Of a stretch of 64,000 nt of DNA, positions 37,081 to 48,459 are shown in pieces; positions within the stretch are counted from its first letter, which is position 1, and the number at the start of each line of letters is the position of its first letter. The notes under the pieces are model-generated. The model was not told where the DNA came from. It made no database searches and worked only from the letters and a program-made list of their open reading frames with translations. The stretch is from Takakia lepidozioides (lineage: Eukaryota; Plantae; Bryophyta): assembly GCA_030704615.1 (NCBI GenBank), contig CM060731.1:35464001-35528000 (forward strand), written 5' to 3'. A program made the position numbers and the translations under genes.

Positions 37081-37225
37081 TTATCTCTGTCCAATGCATC
37101 GTGGACACAACCATTCTCCGTTAGGAACCTCCTCAAGTGGCAGTGTTAAGCATCTCATGTGTCACCCCCTTGAGCATTTATCACACACTAGCATGGTGGC
37201 TGCACCACCAGCATGCAACACAACC
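37081..37225 (-). pseudogene. PHD finger (C4HC3) at the integrase C-terminus
   Basis: GLCCML/(frameshift)[36 protein letters not shown]; not in the supplied ORF track. Confidence 0.85.
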
Positions 37226-38200
37226 CTGCAGGTACCACTGCAAGGTTGGGTCTATCCTCCCATCCACATAGAAGGTGACATGGCGCACAATTACGCACAT
37301 GGTCCTTCCATACCATGTCATCTCGACCCTCCAGAATCAACACTCCTGAAGGCAACACCTTTCGTACCCGTAGAATCACATGCCCTGCTGTGATATCCAA
37401 GGTCGTAGGTGTTGTCTGTTGCAGATATACATAGTCCCTAGGGTTGAATCTCCGAACACCCGATCGATATCCGCCTCCACGTATGGTGGCATACCTCAAT
37501 GTGTCTCGATGTTGGGCAATAGCAAGGTTCTCAAAAGCCATAGGCATGACTCTCTTGAATAACTCTGCCCGCTGGTCACACGCTTGTGTCCACACATCCG
37601 GATCATCAAGGTCAAGGACTACTGCAGCCTCCCTGCAAATAGATGCAGCCAAATCTGGCTTTCGGCCTGAAAGAAGAAAGTAAAGTAAGAATAAGGCAAA
37701 TGAAGCTTGTTTGCTTAACCTATAGCCCATAGCCAACCAAGGCAGTTGAAGGACCCAATCTCCCAGGTGTCCTTTCTGCAAACCGTACTTGCGCAAACCC
37801 CTTTTGACTGTCTGAACAACTCTCTCCGCCAAGCCATCGGCATCGAAATGATCCCGAGAAGTAGTGCAGTGGTCCATTAAGGCTTGCTCACACAAAGCCT
37901 GAAACTCCCCCAAGAACTCTCTCCCCTGGTCCGTGAGTACCTTGGCTGGAGCATCAAATCGGCTAAGAACTCGATTTAAGAATGCATACGCAACCCCCTC
38001 ACTTGCCTTGTCAGGCAATGCCACCAGTTCAATCCATTTGGAGAAGTGTTCCACCATCACCAGCATAGGCCCCGCCACCAGTACTGCCCTTGCAGCAAAG
38101 TATGAGTGTGTCGCACCCCAAAATGTCCCAACTCCTCATGGGCATGGCGTACCAGTCGCGCTCTTTTTGTTGGATGAGGCACAATTCTCACTCGTCCATC
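37226..38200 (-). pseudogene. Retrotransposon integrase (partly deleted)
   Basis: HEELGHFG..YWW, then a deletion, then VMVEHFSKWIELVAL..VLTDQGREF..DGLAERVVQTVK. Confidence 0.9.
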
Positions 38201-38529
38201 ATCCCATATTCGGAGTAGGTGAGTCCCCTCCTACTTGAACCTCTTGGCTCGTTGCAAGATCCAATCTCTCTCCTTAGCAGTCACACTGACTGTCATCTCT
38301 CTGGTACGAAGGTAGGCCAACGCTGCTGCATCTTCATGCACATCCTTAGCACCACCCAAGCTCTTCATTAATCTCTAGATCGTCATGCACACTAGCTACA
38401 TGACCAATCACATGAGATGGACCAGCTTGAGCTCCCATTGCTAGAATGCACAAAAAGACAGATGCATGCCATCCTGGCACTATCTTCTCATCCGTCTCAC
38501 CATACCAACGAGCTCTTGTATCATCAAGC

Positions 38530-39900
38530 TCACTAGTGCATGGATTGCGACTCAATCCATCCGCATCCCGATTGACTATACCGGCTCGATGTACCACCTG
38601 GAAGTCATACTCTTGAAGCAGAAGTGCCCACCGTGCAAGCTTCCATGTAAGCTTGTCCGACTCCATCAACCACTTCAATGGTTGGTGATCCGTGACAAGG
38701 GTGAAGAGATTGACATAGAAGTAGCATCTAAATGAGTCGCTGCCTATACTGCCGCTAGACACTCTCCTTCATATGAGCTATACTTTGCCTCAACATCATT
38801 ATTTGAGCAGCTAGTATATGCCACTACGAACTCTCTTCCCTCATCATCCACCTGTGTGAGCACTGCTCCAATCCCCAACATACTCCAATCCGTATGTAGC
38901 TAGAAAGGCCGCCCCCGAATAGGCCGCCTCAGAATAGGTACAGAAGTCAATCGAGCCTTGAGTTCTTCAAAGGCTTCCTCCTGCTCATCTTCCCACTACC
39001 AGTCCTGACCCACCTTGGTCAACTTGGGAAGAGCCTTTGAAATGCTACTAAATCCCTTGACAAACCGTCGATAATAGTTTGTCAACCCCATGAAAGCACG
39101 AACTTTGCTTATATCTATGGGACGTGAAATGTGTGCAATGGCCTCCACCTTTGTCTGTTGAACACCCAATCCTCCAGGATATGTCATGTGGCCCAGATAC
39201 TCAATCTGATCGTGGAAGAACTTGCACTTTTCATGGTGCAGTTTCAATCCATGCGCCCTCAAACGCTCAAACACCACCTAAAAGTTTCTCTTATGCTCCT
39301 CAACCATGGCACTAAAGATGATAATATCATCAATGTAGCACCGGACGAAGTCTAGCCCTGCAAAAATCCTATCCATGACCCTCTGAAACTATGCAGGAAC
39401 GTTCTTCAACCCAAATGGTAGGAAGCGCCATTGGTACAAACAATCCTTCTCATGCTGGTCAATCCCCCAGAATGTCGTCTGTTGCTTGTCAGCCTCTTTG
39501 ATTGGCAATTGGTGGTAACCAGATCGCAGGTCCAATGTGCTAAACACCTTTGCATACCCAATGGCATCAAAGATCTCCTCTGGAGTTGGCATGACATATC
39601 TATCGGACTTAATCTGACGATTCACAAGACGATAGTCCCCACACATCCTTCTTTTTGTCCAATTGCCACAGATATCCTTCTTAGATGGCATCACCATTGC
39701 CGAGGCATACTCCCCGCCTGACAACTCCACCAATCCAGCTTCGAACAACTTCATAGTCCGTGACTAGATCAAAGACCTCTCCATGTCAATATACCTGTAG
39801 GGCCTTCGAAAAATTGGCGTGTCATTTGCCAAATCAATACGAATCTCCTGGCCCTTCAAGCTCCCCAAATCCTTCAAACCCAAGGCAAAGCAATTTCTAT
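38530..39900 (-). pseudogene. Reverse transcriptase and RNase H (Ty3/gypsy type)
   Basis: [36 protein letters not shown] (about 39326-39337), YLGH, FMGLTNYYRRFV, LHTDWS..IGAVLTQ, LVTDHQPLKWL, ADGLSR. Confidence 0.93.
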
Positions 39901-40389
39901 AAGCCCTTAGACATCGCCAGATCCTCCGTCTCTCTCATCCAGTGACTGTAAGTTCAACATCCGGTTCCCAATTGTCCTCTGTGACTGCAACTTTGGGTAC
40001 ACAAGGCTTGGAGGTAGGAGACGCGTCCTTTGGTTGCTAGATAGCAACCTCTTGGGCCTTATCTGCCCAACCTGACTGTGGCGTAGCCTCCACTTGCTCT
40101 GCCATAGCCACCTTGAGAACATCCTCTATGCAAGAAACATTCTCAATCTCTTCAAAAACCTTAGTCATCTTGGCCTCCAACTGGTCCTCAGTGTATGGCT
40201 CTCCCCACTCCTCATACTACTGCTTGAGAGATCCAATGACTCTCTCTTTGTGCATCTCATCCCACATCTGCCATGGGTGTTTCACCCCACGATCCTGTGA
40301 TCGTGCCCACTCATTGCCTCCACTATCCCGGTTGGCAGAGATGGTGCAATATCCAATGGAAGTGCAGAAGTAGCCACCAATGCTTGCAA

Positions 40390-41360
40390 TCTCCTTTGCT
40401 CAGCCATGCACAAGCCAATAACCCATGTCAAGCAATTTAGATCCATTGCTTGACCCAACACCTGTCAGCGTGATGCCTCTGACCAAGCTGACACAGCTGT
40501 AGTGCCCGCAGCAAACCCCATTGCCCGCTCTCGCTCCTCCGCAATTGGCTCCACCAATTGTTATAGCGCATTGTCCCAAATCAACCCTGGACCATTGTCT
40601 CGAAAAACATGAGACGAGGGAAAATTCATGAGTGTAGGCAAGGCCGCACGTGGTTGCCCCACTTGATTGATCACTGCCAAAGGTGGATGGTCATCATGTT
40701 ACACTCTCTGTGGTTGCCTCCTTTGGTCCAAAATGCCCTCAACCGTGAGGTTGGGTGGCCGTTGAATGGAATCATAGGCTCTCTTGAGCAACTTTGGTGG
40801 TGCAAGATTGGTCCACCACAACCTAGGCCTATGTGCCCGTGAACCCACTGCGGCTGCATCTAGTAATACAGCTGGTCCAATCCAAGACCGCACCCGATGC
40901 ACACTAGCCATAACCCTGGCCCGAGAATCCCCTATAAGAGGAACATTCTCCAAGATGTAAGCTGGAGGTTTCATTTGTCTTACCTGCAAGTCACGCAATA
41001 CTCGCAACATCTCCCAAAACAGATGCGATCGTGCATCATGTAAACCATTACCATGACCTGCGGGAGAATGTCCTTGGCAAGACCATCCAGCTATCACCAA
41101 GTCAATGGCACCATGCCGGTCCAAATTATCCGCCCCCAGCAAGGTAATGTCTGTTGGCAATGTCTTCCTTGAATTGCTGAAAGATGCAACAACTCAGGAT
41201 ACTGACGTATGAGTAAGGCAACATGACGCATGGAAACACGCCGAGCAATCTCATCCTTCTCCATATATAAATACTTGCATACTTTTATTCTTGCTTGCAA
41301 CACTCTTGCAAGCCTACTGCTCATGCCTCTAAACAAGTCTAGCAAACAAATGCCTGAGTC
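40390..41360 (-). pseudogene. C5-cytosine DNA methyltransferase domain (DNMT3-like) within the retrotransposon polyprotein
   Basis: Motif I LLDLF[R]GMSS[R]L; II YLYMEKD; IV DLVIAGW[S]CQGHS (Cys codon 41077-41079); V DARSHLFWE; VI ILENV; VII/VIII LDAAAVGSRAHRPRLWWTNL; IX EERERAMGF..GTT; X R*QVLGQAMD. Confidence 0.88.
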
Positions 41361-41829
41361 AGGTTATTGTCAGATAATAGGCACTGTGTCCAATGGAGCT
41401 AACTGAGGAGGTCCAGGTGATGTGATCACCAAACTTCCCTCACCCACCGATGGAAATGCCTCCTGCCATGCTTGCTGCACACACTGGCTTGCCACTCGCT
41501 GCAAATCCCCAACTGTACCCCACAGTGAGCTATGCACAGGCATATGAGGAAGCAACTCAGCATTGTATGCCAATTGTTTGTCCTCATCAGGTGGTGGCAT
41601 ATCATCTGCATGGCTATTTCCCTCCAAGAGCTCGTGTTGCTGCTCGAGTGACAGCAGCAGCAGAGTCCAGTACATGCAATGGCCCTGCAAGTGCGGCTCC
41701 ACACATGAACTAGCCCATACCAATCTGGTCTTCCCTAGGCATAGAAGGTTGTGCAGGTGGGGCTTGAACCTCAGGCCTTGGAGCTGGCGCAACATGAGTA
41801 GTGGCCATGGCAGCAAGACGTTGCTTTAG

Positions 41830-42682
41830 CTGGGCAAGTCTCTCCACCATGTCTTGGTCATGACCTTGACCTTGACCATGTGTTCATTGGTTTTGGTTAC
41901 GACCTCCACCACGACCTCTGCCTCCTCTATCTCTCTAGACTACATTGTCTCGTCCTCGGGCACCATTGTTCCCTTGGAACTGGCCTGCCGTAGCTCAGGA
42001 TGCAAGTCATAACAATGGGCCTCCTCATGCCCATACTTGCCACAATACCCACATTGTAATTGTGTAGGTTGTGCCTCTGTCGGCCTTTTGCCTCTCTCCG
42101 GGCAATCCTTCTTAACATGAGGTCATCCACAATCCCAACAAGTTACACCCGACTGTTGTTGGCCTGAGAATGAAGGAAGATACCTCTGCATCTGAGATCC
42201 CCTTTGTCATTCACTGGGCTTCGTCTAAGCCTCCTTGTTGCTTTGAGCACGTTAGGGTAATGGCTGTTGTTGGCTTGGAACTCCACTTCGTTGTGTCTCT
42301 TTGCCAAACCCCACCATAACCACCCGTTCCTCCACCATATTGAGTTTTATCCGCTCTGCCAACAAAAACACATTTGCTGAGGTGGGTGGGGCCACTTGTA
42401 GGAGAGTTGTATCCCACACCTTTCTCCTCAGTTCATTGTCCATGATCCCATACCAGAACTGGACTGCCTGAGCTTATGTAACCCCTTAGGTTACGTTTAT
42501 CAAACGCCTCATGCGAGTGTAAGCCTCCCTCAAACTCTCAGTAGGCCTTCGTTGGAACTCTTGCAAGCTCCGCAACTTCTCTGTCCTTATCCCCTGGTAG
42601 TTTCTTCTCAACTCCTCGAAGAACTCCACAATTAAATTAAAGGCGGGCACGGGCGATGGTGCTGAAGCAGGGATGGATGCTA
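41830..42682 (-). pseudogene. gag C-terminal part with two zinc knuckles
   Basis: PAFNLIVEFFEELRRNYQG..LQEFQRRPTESLREAYTRMRRL; CWDCG*PHVKKDC (about 42101-42142); CGYCGKYGHEEAHC (about 42011-42055). Confidence 0.8.
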
Positions 42683-44143
42683 GATCGTGAGCGGTGAGCC
42701 TATGCTCATGTAAGTGGTGCTGCCTTAGGATTTTGCAAAAAGATACTGTACGCATTTCCGCGGATGGCACCCATATCCGTTGGTAGGATGTCCCTATAGG
42801 CATGCTAGTGACAAGGATATGAAGAGCACAGTTGTCAAGGATCCAATCCATTGTTGCAATATTGACAGTGGGCACAATAAAGATTAGTAATTAAGGGGAA
42901 AGTAGTATAGTGGATGGATAGGGTTCTTTGGGGTTTCCTTAGGTTTTTTAGGATTTTTTTCCCTGTAGATACCACAAATTGTTTTTCTTGTTTTTTCGGG
43001 TTTTTCGGGTTTTTAGGGTATTCATAGGCGGTTCTTAGGGTTTTATTTTCCCCGCAGATGCTACTAAAAGTGGTGTGCGATGTCGCACACTCAGGGGAGT
43101 TTTTTTTAGGGGTTTTTTTAGGGGTTCATTAGGTTTTTCTTAGGGTTTTCTTTTAGTGTGCAGTGCCCTGAAAGAGGTGTGCGGTGCCGCACACCCCTTT
43201 TCAGGGATTGTTTTTGTTGGGTTTTTTTAGGGTCTTTAGGGTTTTTTTAGGGTCTTGTTTTGAGTGTGCGGTGCCACTTAAAGAGGTGTGCGGTGCCGCA
43301 CACCCCTTTTCATAGGTTTTTGTTTTTTTTTTGGGATTTTTCTTAGGGTTTTTTAAGGTTTAGGGTTTAGGGTTGTTTTTAGTGTGCGGTGCCACTGAAA
43401 GAGGTGTGCAGTGCCGCACACCCCTTTTCAGGATTTTCTTTTTCTTTTTTAGGGATTGTTTTAGGGTTTTTAGGGTTTTTTTAGGATTTTATGGGTTCTT
43501 AAAGTATTTTTAGGGTTTTGTTTTTACTATGAGGTGCCACTGAAAGAGGTGTACGGTGCAGTACACCCCTTTCCAGGGTGTTTTTTTTTTTTTTTTTTTT
43601 TTTGGGATTTTTTAAGGGTTTAGGGGTTTTTAGGGTTGTTTTTTCTTACTGTGTGGGCCACTGAAAGAGGTGTCCGGTGCCGCAAACCCCTTTTTCAGGT
43701 GTTTCTCTTTCTTTTTGGTGGTTTTTTCGGCGTTTTGTTTTTTTTTTTTTGTTTTTTTCCTTGAGATGCCATTGAAAGTGGTGTGCGGTGCCGCACACCA
43801 CTTTCAGGGGATATGTTTGTGGAGTTCAGGTTTGGCAATTGTCACTCAAAATGGTGTTGTCTTGTTTGCAATATGCAGCTTTGGTCAACAATTGACATTC
43901 ATATCTATTCATTGAAGCCATGTGCTCTTCTTTTATAATAGGGTCTAATTTCATCAAACTGTACATGCCTATTCCCACGGTTATAGGTCCAGCGGGAATA
44001 AGTACTATTTCTTCGAACGCCCGTCTTGTGGTATTTGCTGACATGGCCTTCGCTCGTGCTGGCATCAGCTCACACTGACGTGGCTCGAGCGTGGGCTCAG
44101 GCCACGTCAGCCCCGCATGAGCATGTGCTCACCGCTCACGCCG
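42683..44143. mobile_element. TA-flanked non-autonomous TIR element inserted in gag, carrying a hairpin/TTTAGGG repeat array
   Basis: TIRs CGTGAGCGGTGAGCCTATGCTCATG / CATGAGCATGTGCTCACCGCTCACG (23/25); TA at 42681-42682 and 44144-44145; removal restores the local gag frame (..GAT-LASIP..). Confidence 0.8.
43060..43810. repeat. Seven-copy array of a ~38-bp palindromic core separated by T-rich, TTTAGGG-like spacers
   Basis: CTGAAAGAGGTGTGCGGTGCCGCACACCCCTTTTCAG near 43064, 43168, 43277, 43395, 43540, 43661, 43771. Confidence 0.9.
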
Positions 44144-44600
44144 TAGCGTCGCTCCTGCAGAAGGGGCTTAAGTGGATATCCTAGCTCCTGTACCACTTGT
44201 CCCACTACTAGTGCTTGTAGTTGGGGATTTGTGTTGTTGTATGCTGCTGTGTTATGTTCGTCCTCGCTGCTCTTGGTGTCGTCGACTGCTCTTGTGCTCT
44301 GGTGATGGAGATATAGTCAGGTGACCAATACTCCCGCCATTCCTCAATCTCCATCTTATATCACCTCCTCGTATCAATCTAAACTCATGGTAATCGTCTA
44401 TGGGCTGAAACAGCCCATTTCCCGCCACAAAAGACGTAAACAATTGTGGATTGTGCATTTGTTTCAAATAACACAAACTATCGAACTTCTGTATGAAGTC
44501 ATCAAGCTCGATGGTGCCCATAGCTCCAGAGTACTTACGTGGCCCCTTGGTAGCTCCATACATCTCCTCCATCGTGTCCCACAATAATGGCACGGAAATG
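44144..44600 (-). pseudogene. gag N-terminal part of the DNMT retrotransposon
   Basis: GPRKYSGAMGTIELDDFIQKFDSLC..LFQ; continuous with 42682 across the TA insertion. Confidence 0.65.
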
Positions 44601-46333
44601 GCTTACACCCTCGGCGAGAATCCTTCTAACTCCGAGTCTGAACTTTCCTGAGAAGACACTGAAGGTGAAGGTCGCCTGAACCGCACACCTCGTCTCGTGT
44701 ACCCACTAATATCGCTGGTGTTTGTACCCGCACTTCCCTCGGCAACTCGTGGCACCTCCGTGATGAAAAACTCCAAAACCACACGGGTGTAAACCTGTCT
44801 CTAATCCCCCTTCCACAAGGTAACTGGGCAGAGAACCTGTTGCGGCTGGTGGTTCAAGCAGAAATACTAGATTTCCAACGTAGACCTGTACCTGCACCTA
44901 CATCCACCGCAAACACTCTAAGAGAAACAATGATGGTCTGACTGGTCATCACCCCAGCTTCACCACCGACAGCACGCTCTAGGATTGGCCGGTGATTAAA
45001 TCCGGACCAACCTCCTATGAAAACAAACGCCCACACAAAACTGACATGGCACACAGTCAAGCATGCAGGTGTGGAGGGGATCCAAACACAAGAAAATCAA
45101 ACGGTACCCCCCCCCACATCAAAAATACTCCACAATGTCGCTCCTGTTAAGAAACCCAGCCCAAAAACTGGACTGACTCTTGCCTCCACCTACGGAAAGG
45201 TTTTGGCCTACAGAAATGGTGGAAGACTACAAGGAAGAGAGACTAAAGCAATTCCTACCACAACATGCTCTCATCCCACTACCCTATCTCCACACTTTTT
45301 TACTTAAACAATAGACAAGACCTTTCAAGGTCTCTTAATAACACTCTTAAGAGCCCTCAAGATGTCCCTCAAAAACAATCTCACTAAGGCTCCCAAAGCT
45401 TGCACAATGGTACTCCAAACAGTACACCAAGGCCCAAGAGCTGCCAAATCTGGCCCTCAAGGATCCCCCAATAATCCTTCAACAAGTCGCAAAGACTCCT
45501 CAAGCTCGCCAAATATCGGCCTCCAAGGACCCCAACAGCCCTCCAAACAGCCTTCCAAAGGCTCCAAAAACTTGTCAAATATTGGCCTTCAAGGACCCCA
45601 AATGGTCCTCCACATAGCCCTCCAAAGGGTCCAAAGACTTGCCAAAACTTGGCCTTCAATGACCGCAAATAGTCCTTCAAACAGTCATCCAAACACCTCT
45701 TCAAGAGCTCTTCAAAGTGGCTTACAAAAGCTCCTCAAAGTGTCTTCCAAAAGCTCCTCAAAAGACCCCAAAGATCCCCCAAACAAATCATCCAAAGGCC
45801 CTTGAAAATCCTCCAAAACATCCTATATTGTCCTTACATGTCACTATATACCAAGCCTATAGTGTCCGTTCCCATACTACGGTGACCATTTCCACACTAT
45901 AGTGACGGTTTCCATGAGTCTAGGGTTTCACGTGCATCTCATGCTAGGGTTTGTACAGTTCAAGCTAGGGTTTGGGCTTCCTTGAGCTTCATGCTTTTAT
46001 TCCTCAAGTATCCATGACTTCTATGGGGTACCAATGCAAACTACCTTGATCTTCTTCACCTCAAGCTACAACCAAGCTTGGTTCCAACTCACCTAGCAAT
46101 GCATTTGCTACAAACCAAGCTCTCTTGCTCATAGGAATTCGAACAAGACATTCTACCCCATTGGCAAGCATCAAAGCATTGCTCCCCTTTGGCTTTTGTT
46201 TACGCTCCTACATGCACTCTTCTTGGCCATTCACATGCATAATACACCTCTTAGCTTCAAGATGTTGCTTTCATTTATGGTAACAAGAACCAACACATTG
46301 CCACTTTATGCAAAAGAAGAGTTTTCAACTATT

Positions 46334-47175
46334 CATAGTAGAAGGAAAACGGCGGACTAAACCACTTGTAACCACTCATTTTGATTGGTAAAAGACACTA
46401 AACCACCTGGCCCCAGAGTGATGAAGATACCAGTGGATTAGGACAAGTGAGTGGTAAAAGACATTACGTGGCACCAGTGGTTAAGGACAGTGGTTCGAAC
46501 CACTTACGTCTGGACGCTGACGTGTCACAGTGGTAAATTAACGCTTGTGACGTGTCAATGACGTGTCACTGAGGTAAACCAACACTTATGACGTGTCATA
46601 GGTAAAGTAACCACCTTCCGTTGTCCAGTGGACACGTGTAAGCCGGGGTCCGTGGATGATATTGGAGATTATGTCGACACGTAGCGACACTCAGAGGACA
46701 CGTTTCCTGTGTCGGTGCTACGAAATGGATGGAGTGAAAAATTCAATGACTTCCGAAACCACTTGTTGAGTGATCACGAAATGACTCACAGAGTCATGCT
46801 ATGAAAACTAAGAATATACAATATCACTCACAACGTGGTTATGTGAGTGGATGACGTCTCTCAGCAGGTCATTGGGATGATTACCCACAAAGTGGTATGT
46901 AAGTTGTTTGAGTCATCCATGGTGTCTCTTTGAGTGAGAACTATGGATTGGAATGATTACTAACAGGTGGTGTGTGTAAGTGATTAGGAATCACTGGAGA
47001 AATTCATACCACTAATACAGTAATATATAGGTGATTACTTATACCACTACAGGAGTGGTAATGGAGGCAATTGTGTGCATCTGGCTACTCCCATAGTTTT
47101 AAATTATACCACTATTACAGTGATGTGCAAGTGATTAGGAACATGACTAGAGGAACACATACCACTAGTGTAGTG
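46334..47175. mobile_element. Possible non-autonomous CACTA-like element
   Basis: Ends TGTAGTG (reverse complement CACTACA) at 47175; dense ACCACT/AGTGGT and GACGTGTCA motifs; left end degenerate (CATAGTAG). Confidence 0.35.
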
Positions 47176-48459
47176 AAAGAAGTACCATTTGGGATTCAAG
47201 CTCCACAAAATAGAATAGAATCCCAGAGAGTAAGTGCTGGAACACTGTCAACAAAATCCAGCCATGATAAAAGTCTGAGCCTAACTTCTACATGGCGTCT
47301 CTGCATGCTAGGAACACTGAACTGTTTTCCTGCCTTCTTCTCACTGCCATCAATGTCCACTACAGGATTTGCGACGCCCGAGCCACGCCGCAACGTCGGG
47401 AAAACGCGCGCATTTTAGGCACGCGGCAGGCGCCGAATTTGCGACGTCCGGCAGTCGCATGGGCGTCGCCAAAATGACGTCGCAAAAATGCGACGTATGG
47501 GGGTCGCGAGCCCCCGCCCCAAACTCCCGCGACTGCCGGACGTCGCTTTTCGGGCGTTCGCACCCGATGGCAGGGGCCCCTTCGAGCGACGGCTCGCTAT
47601 CGCGGCCCCTCCAACCGACGGTGTTGGTTAGGGGCGACAGCGCGGCGTCGCATCCCTTTTTTTTTCTAACCTACCCGGGGGAATCCCATCCTAAACCCAA
47701 AAACACGTGGTGTAAGCCGGGGGTGGTATGCCAAGCGACGCCAGTGCGTCGCTGCAAGCAACTATTGGGCGTGGCAAAAAAAAAAACAGCAGGAAGAGGA
47801 GTCGGGCTCCGCCACGCCTGGGCGTGGGTTTTTGCGACGATCTGGCATCGTTTTTTTTAAATATTTAATCAAAAAAATAAAAGACGTGGCCGCAGGCAGT
47901 GGTGGCGGGCTCCGGCGACGCCAGGGCGTCGCGGACTTGCGACCCCCGGACCAAAAAACACGTCGCAGGGGGGGGGGTGTCGGGCATTGCCGCCCGCAAA
48001 TGACGCTTGACCGTCGTGGCTTGCGACCCCCACCCAAAAAGCACGTTGCCAATGGCGATGTCCTGCAGTCGCGAGGGCAGCCTCGTGTTGGGTGGGGGGG
48101 GGGGGTTTGGGGGGGTTGATTTTGGGGGTGAATTGGGGGTGGTTTTTGTTTTTTGCCTGGGTTTGTTTTTGGGGATGGGGAGACCCTTACAACTTCCATT
48201 CTCTGATTAGCAGGTACACAATTGAGCAAGCATGAATCGGGGTGAGGACGGTGCCGACACATGAATAAGATGGAAGATAGAAAGATGGAAATATATTTAC
48301 AGGAAATGAGCTGAAAAAGCTCACAAGGGTTTCGTAGGCTGACCCTGAGACCTACATGGACTAGGACTAGTCATCTCATCCTCATCCTATCCTCAGTGGA
48401 GGAATCAGAGCTATCTAATGAGGCTGATTGATGACTCCGCGCCCTTTGCCAAAAACCTA

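Larger units (their letters stand above)
36318..44900 (-). mobile_element. Decayed Ty3/gypsy LTR retrotransposon encoding a C5 DNA methyltransferase and a PHD finger (5' boundary uncertain, may extend to about 46300)
   Basis: Minus-strand order gag (two CCHC) - DNMT - RT - RNase H - integrase - PHD - PPT (CTAGGGGGGCGAT, 36831-36843) - TG..CA terminal block; no matching 5' LTR found. Confidence 0.85.

Noticed and set aside
40390-41360. Bacterial restriction-modification contamination or a host DNMT gene
   Set aside because: Collinear with gag and RT on the same strand, shows the same decay pattern, has no introns or endonuclease partner, and is contiguous with plant sequence.
42900-43640. True or interstitial telomere
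   Set aside because: TTTAGGG words are degenerate, interspersed with T-runs and confined within a TA-flanked element.
43060-43810. CRISPR array
   Set aside because: Spacers are low-complexity, mutually similar and too long; no cas genes; eukaryotic context inside a TIR element.
45362-45805. Ser/Pro/Lys-rich ORF as an extra retroelement gene
   Set aside because: Arises from C/A-rich low-complexity degenerate repeats; no domain.
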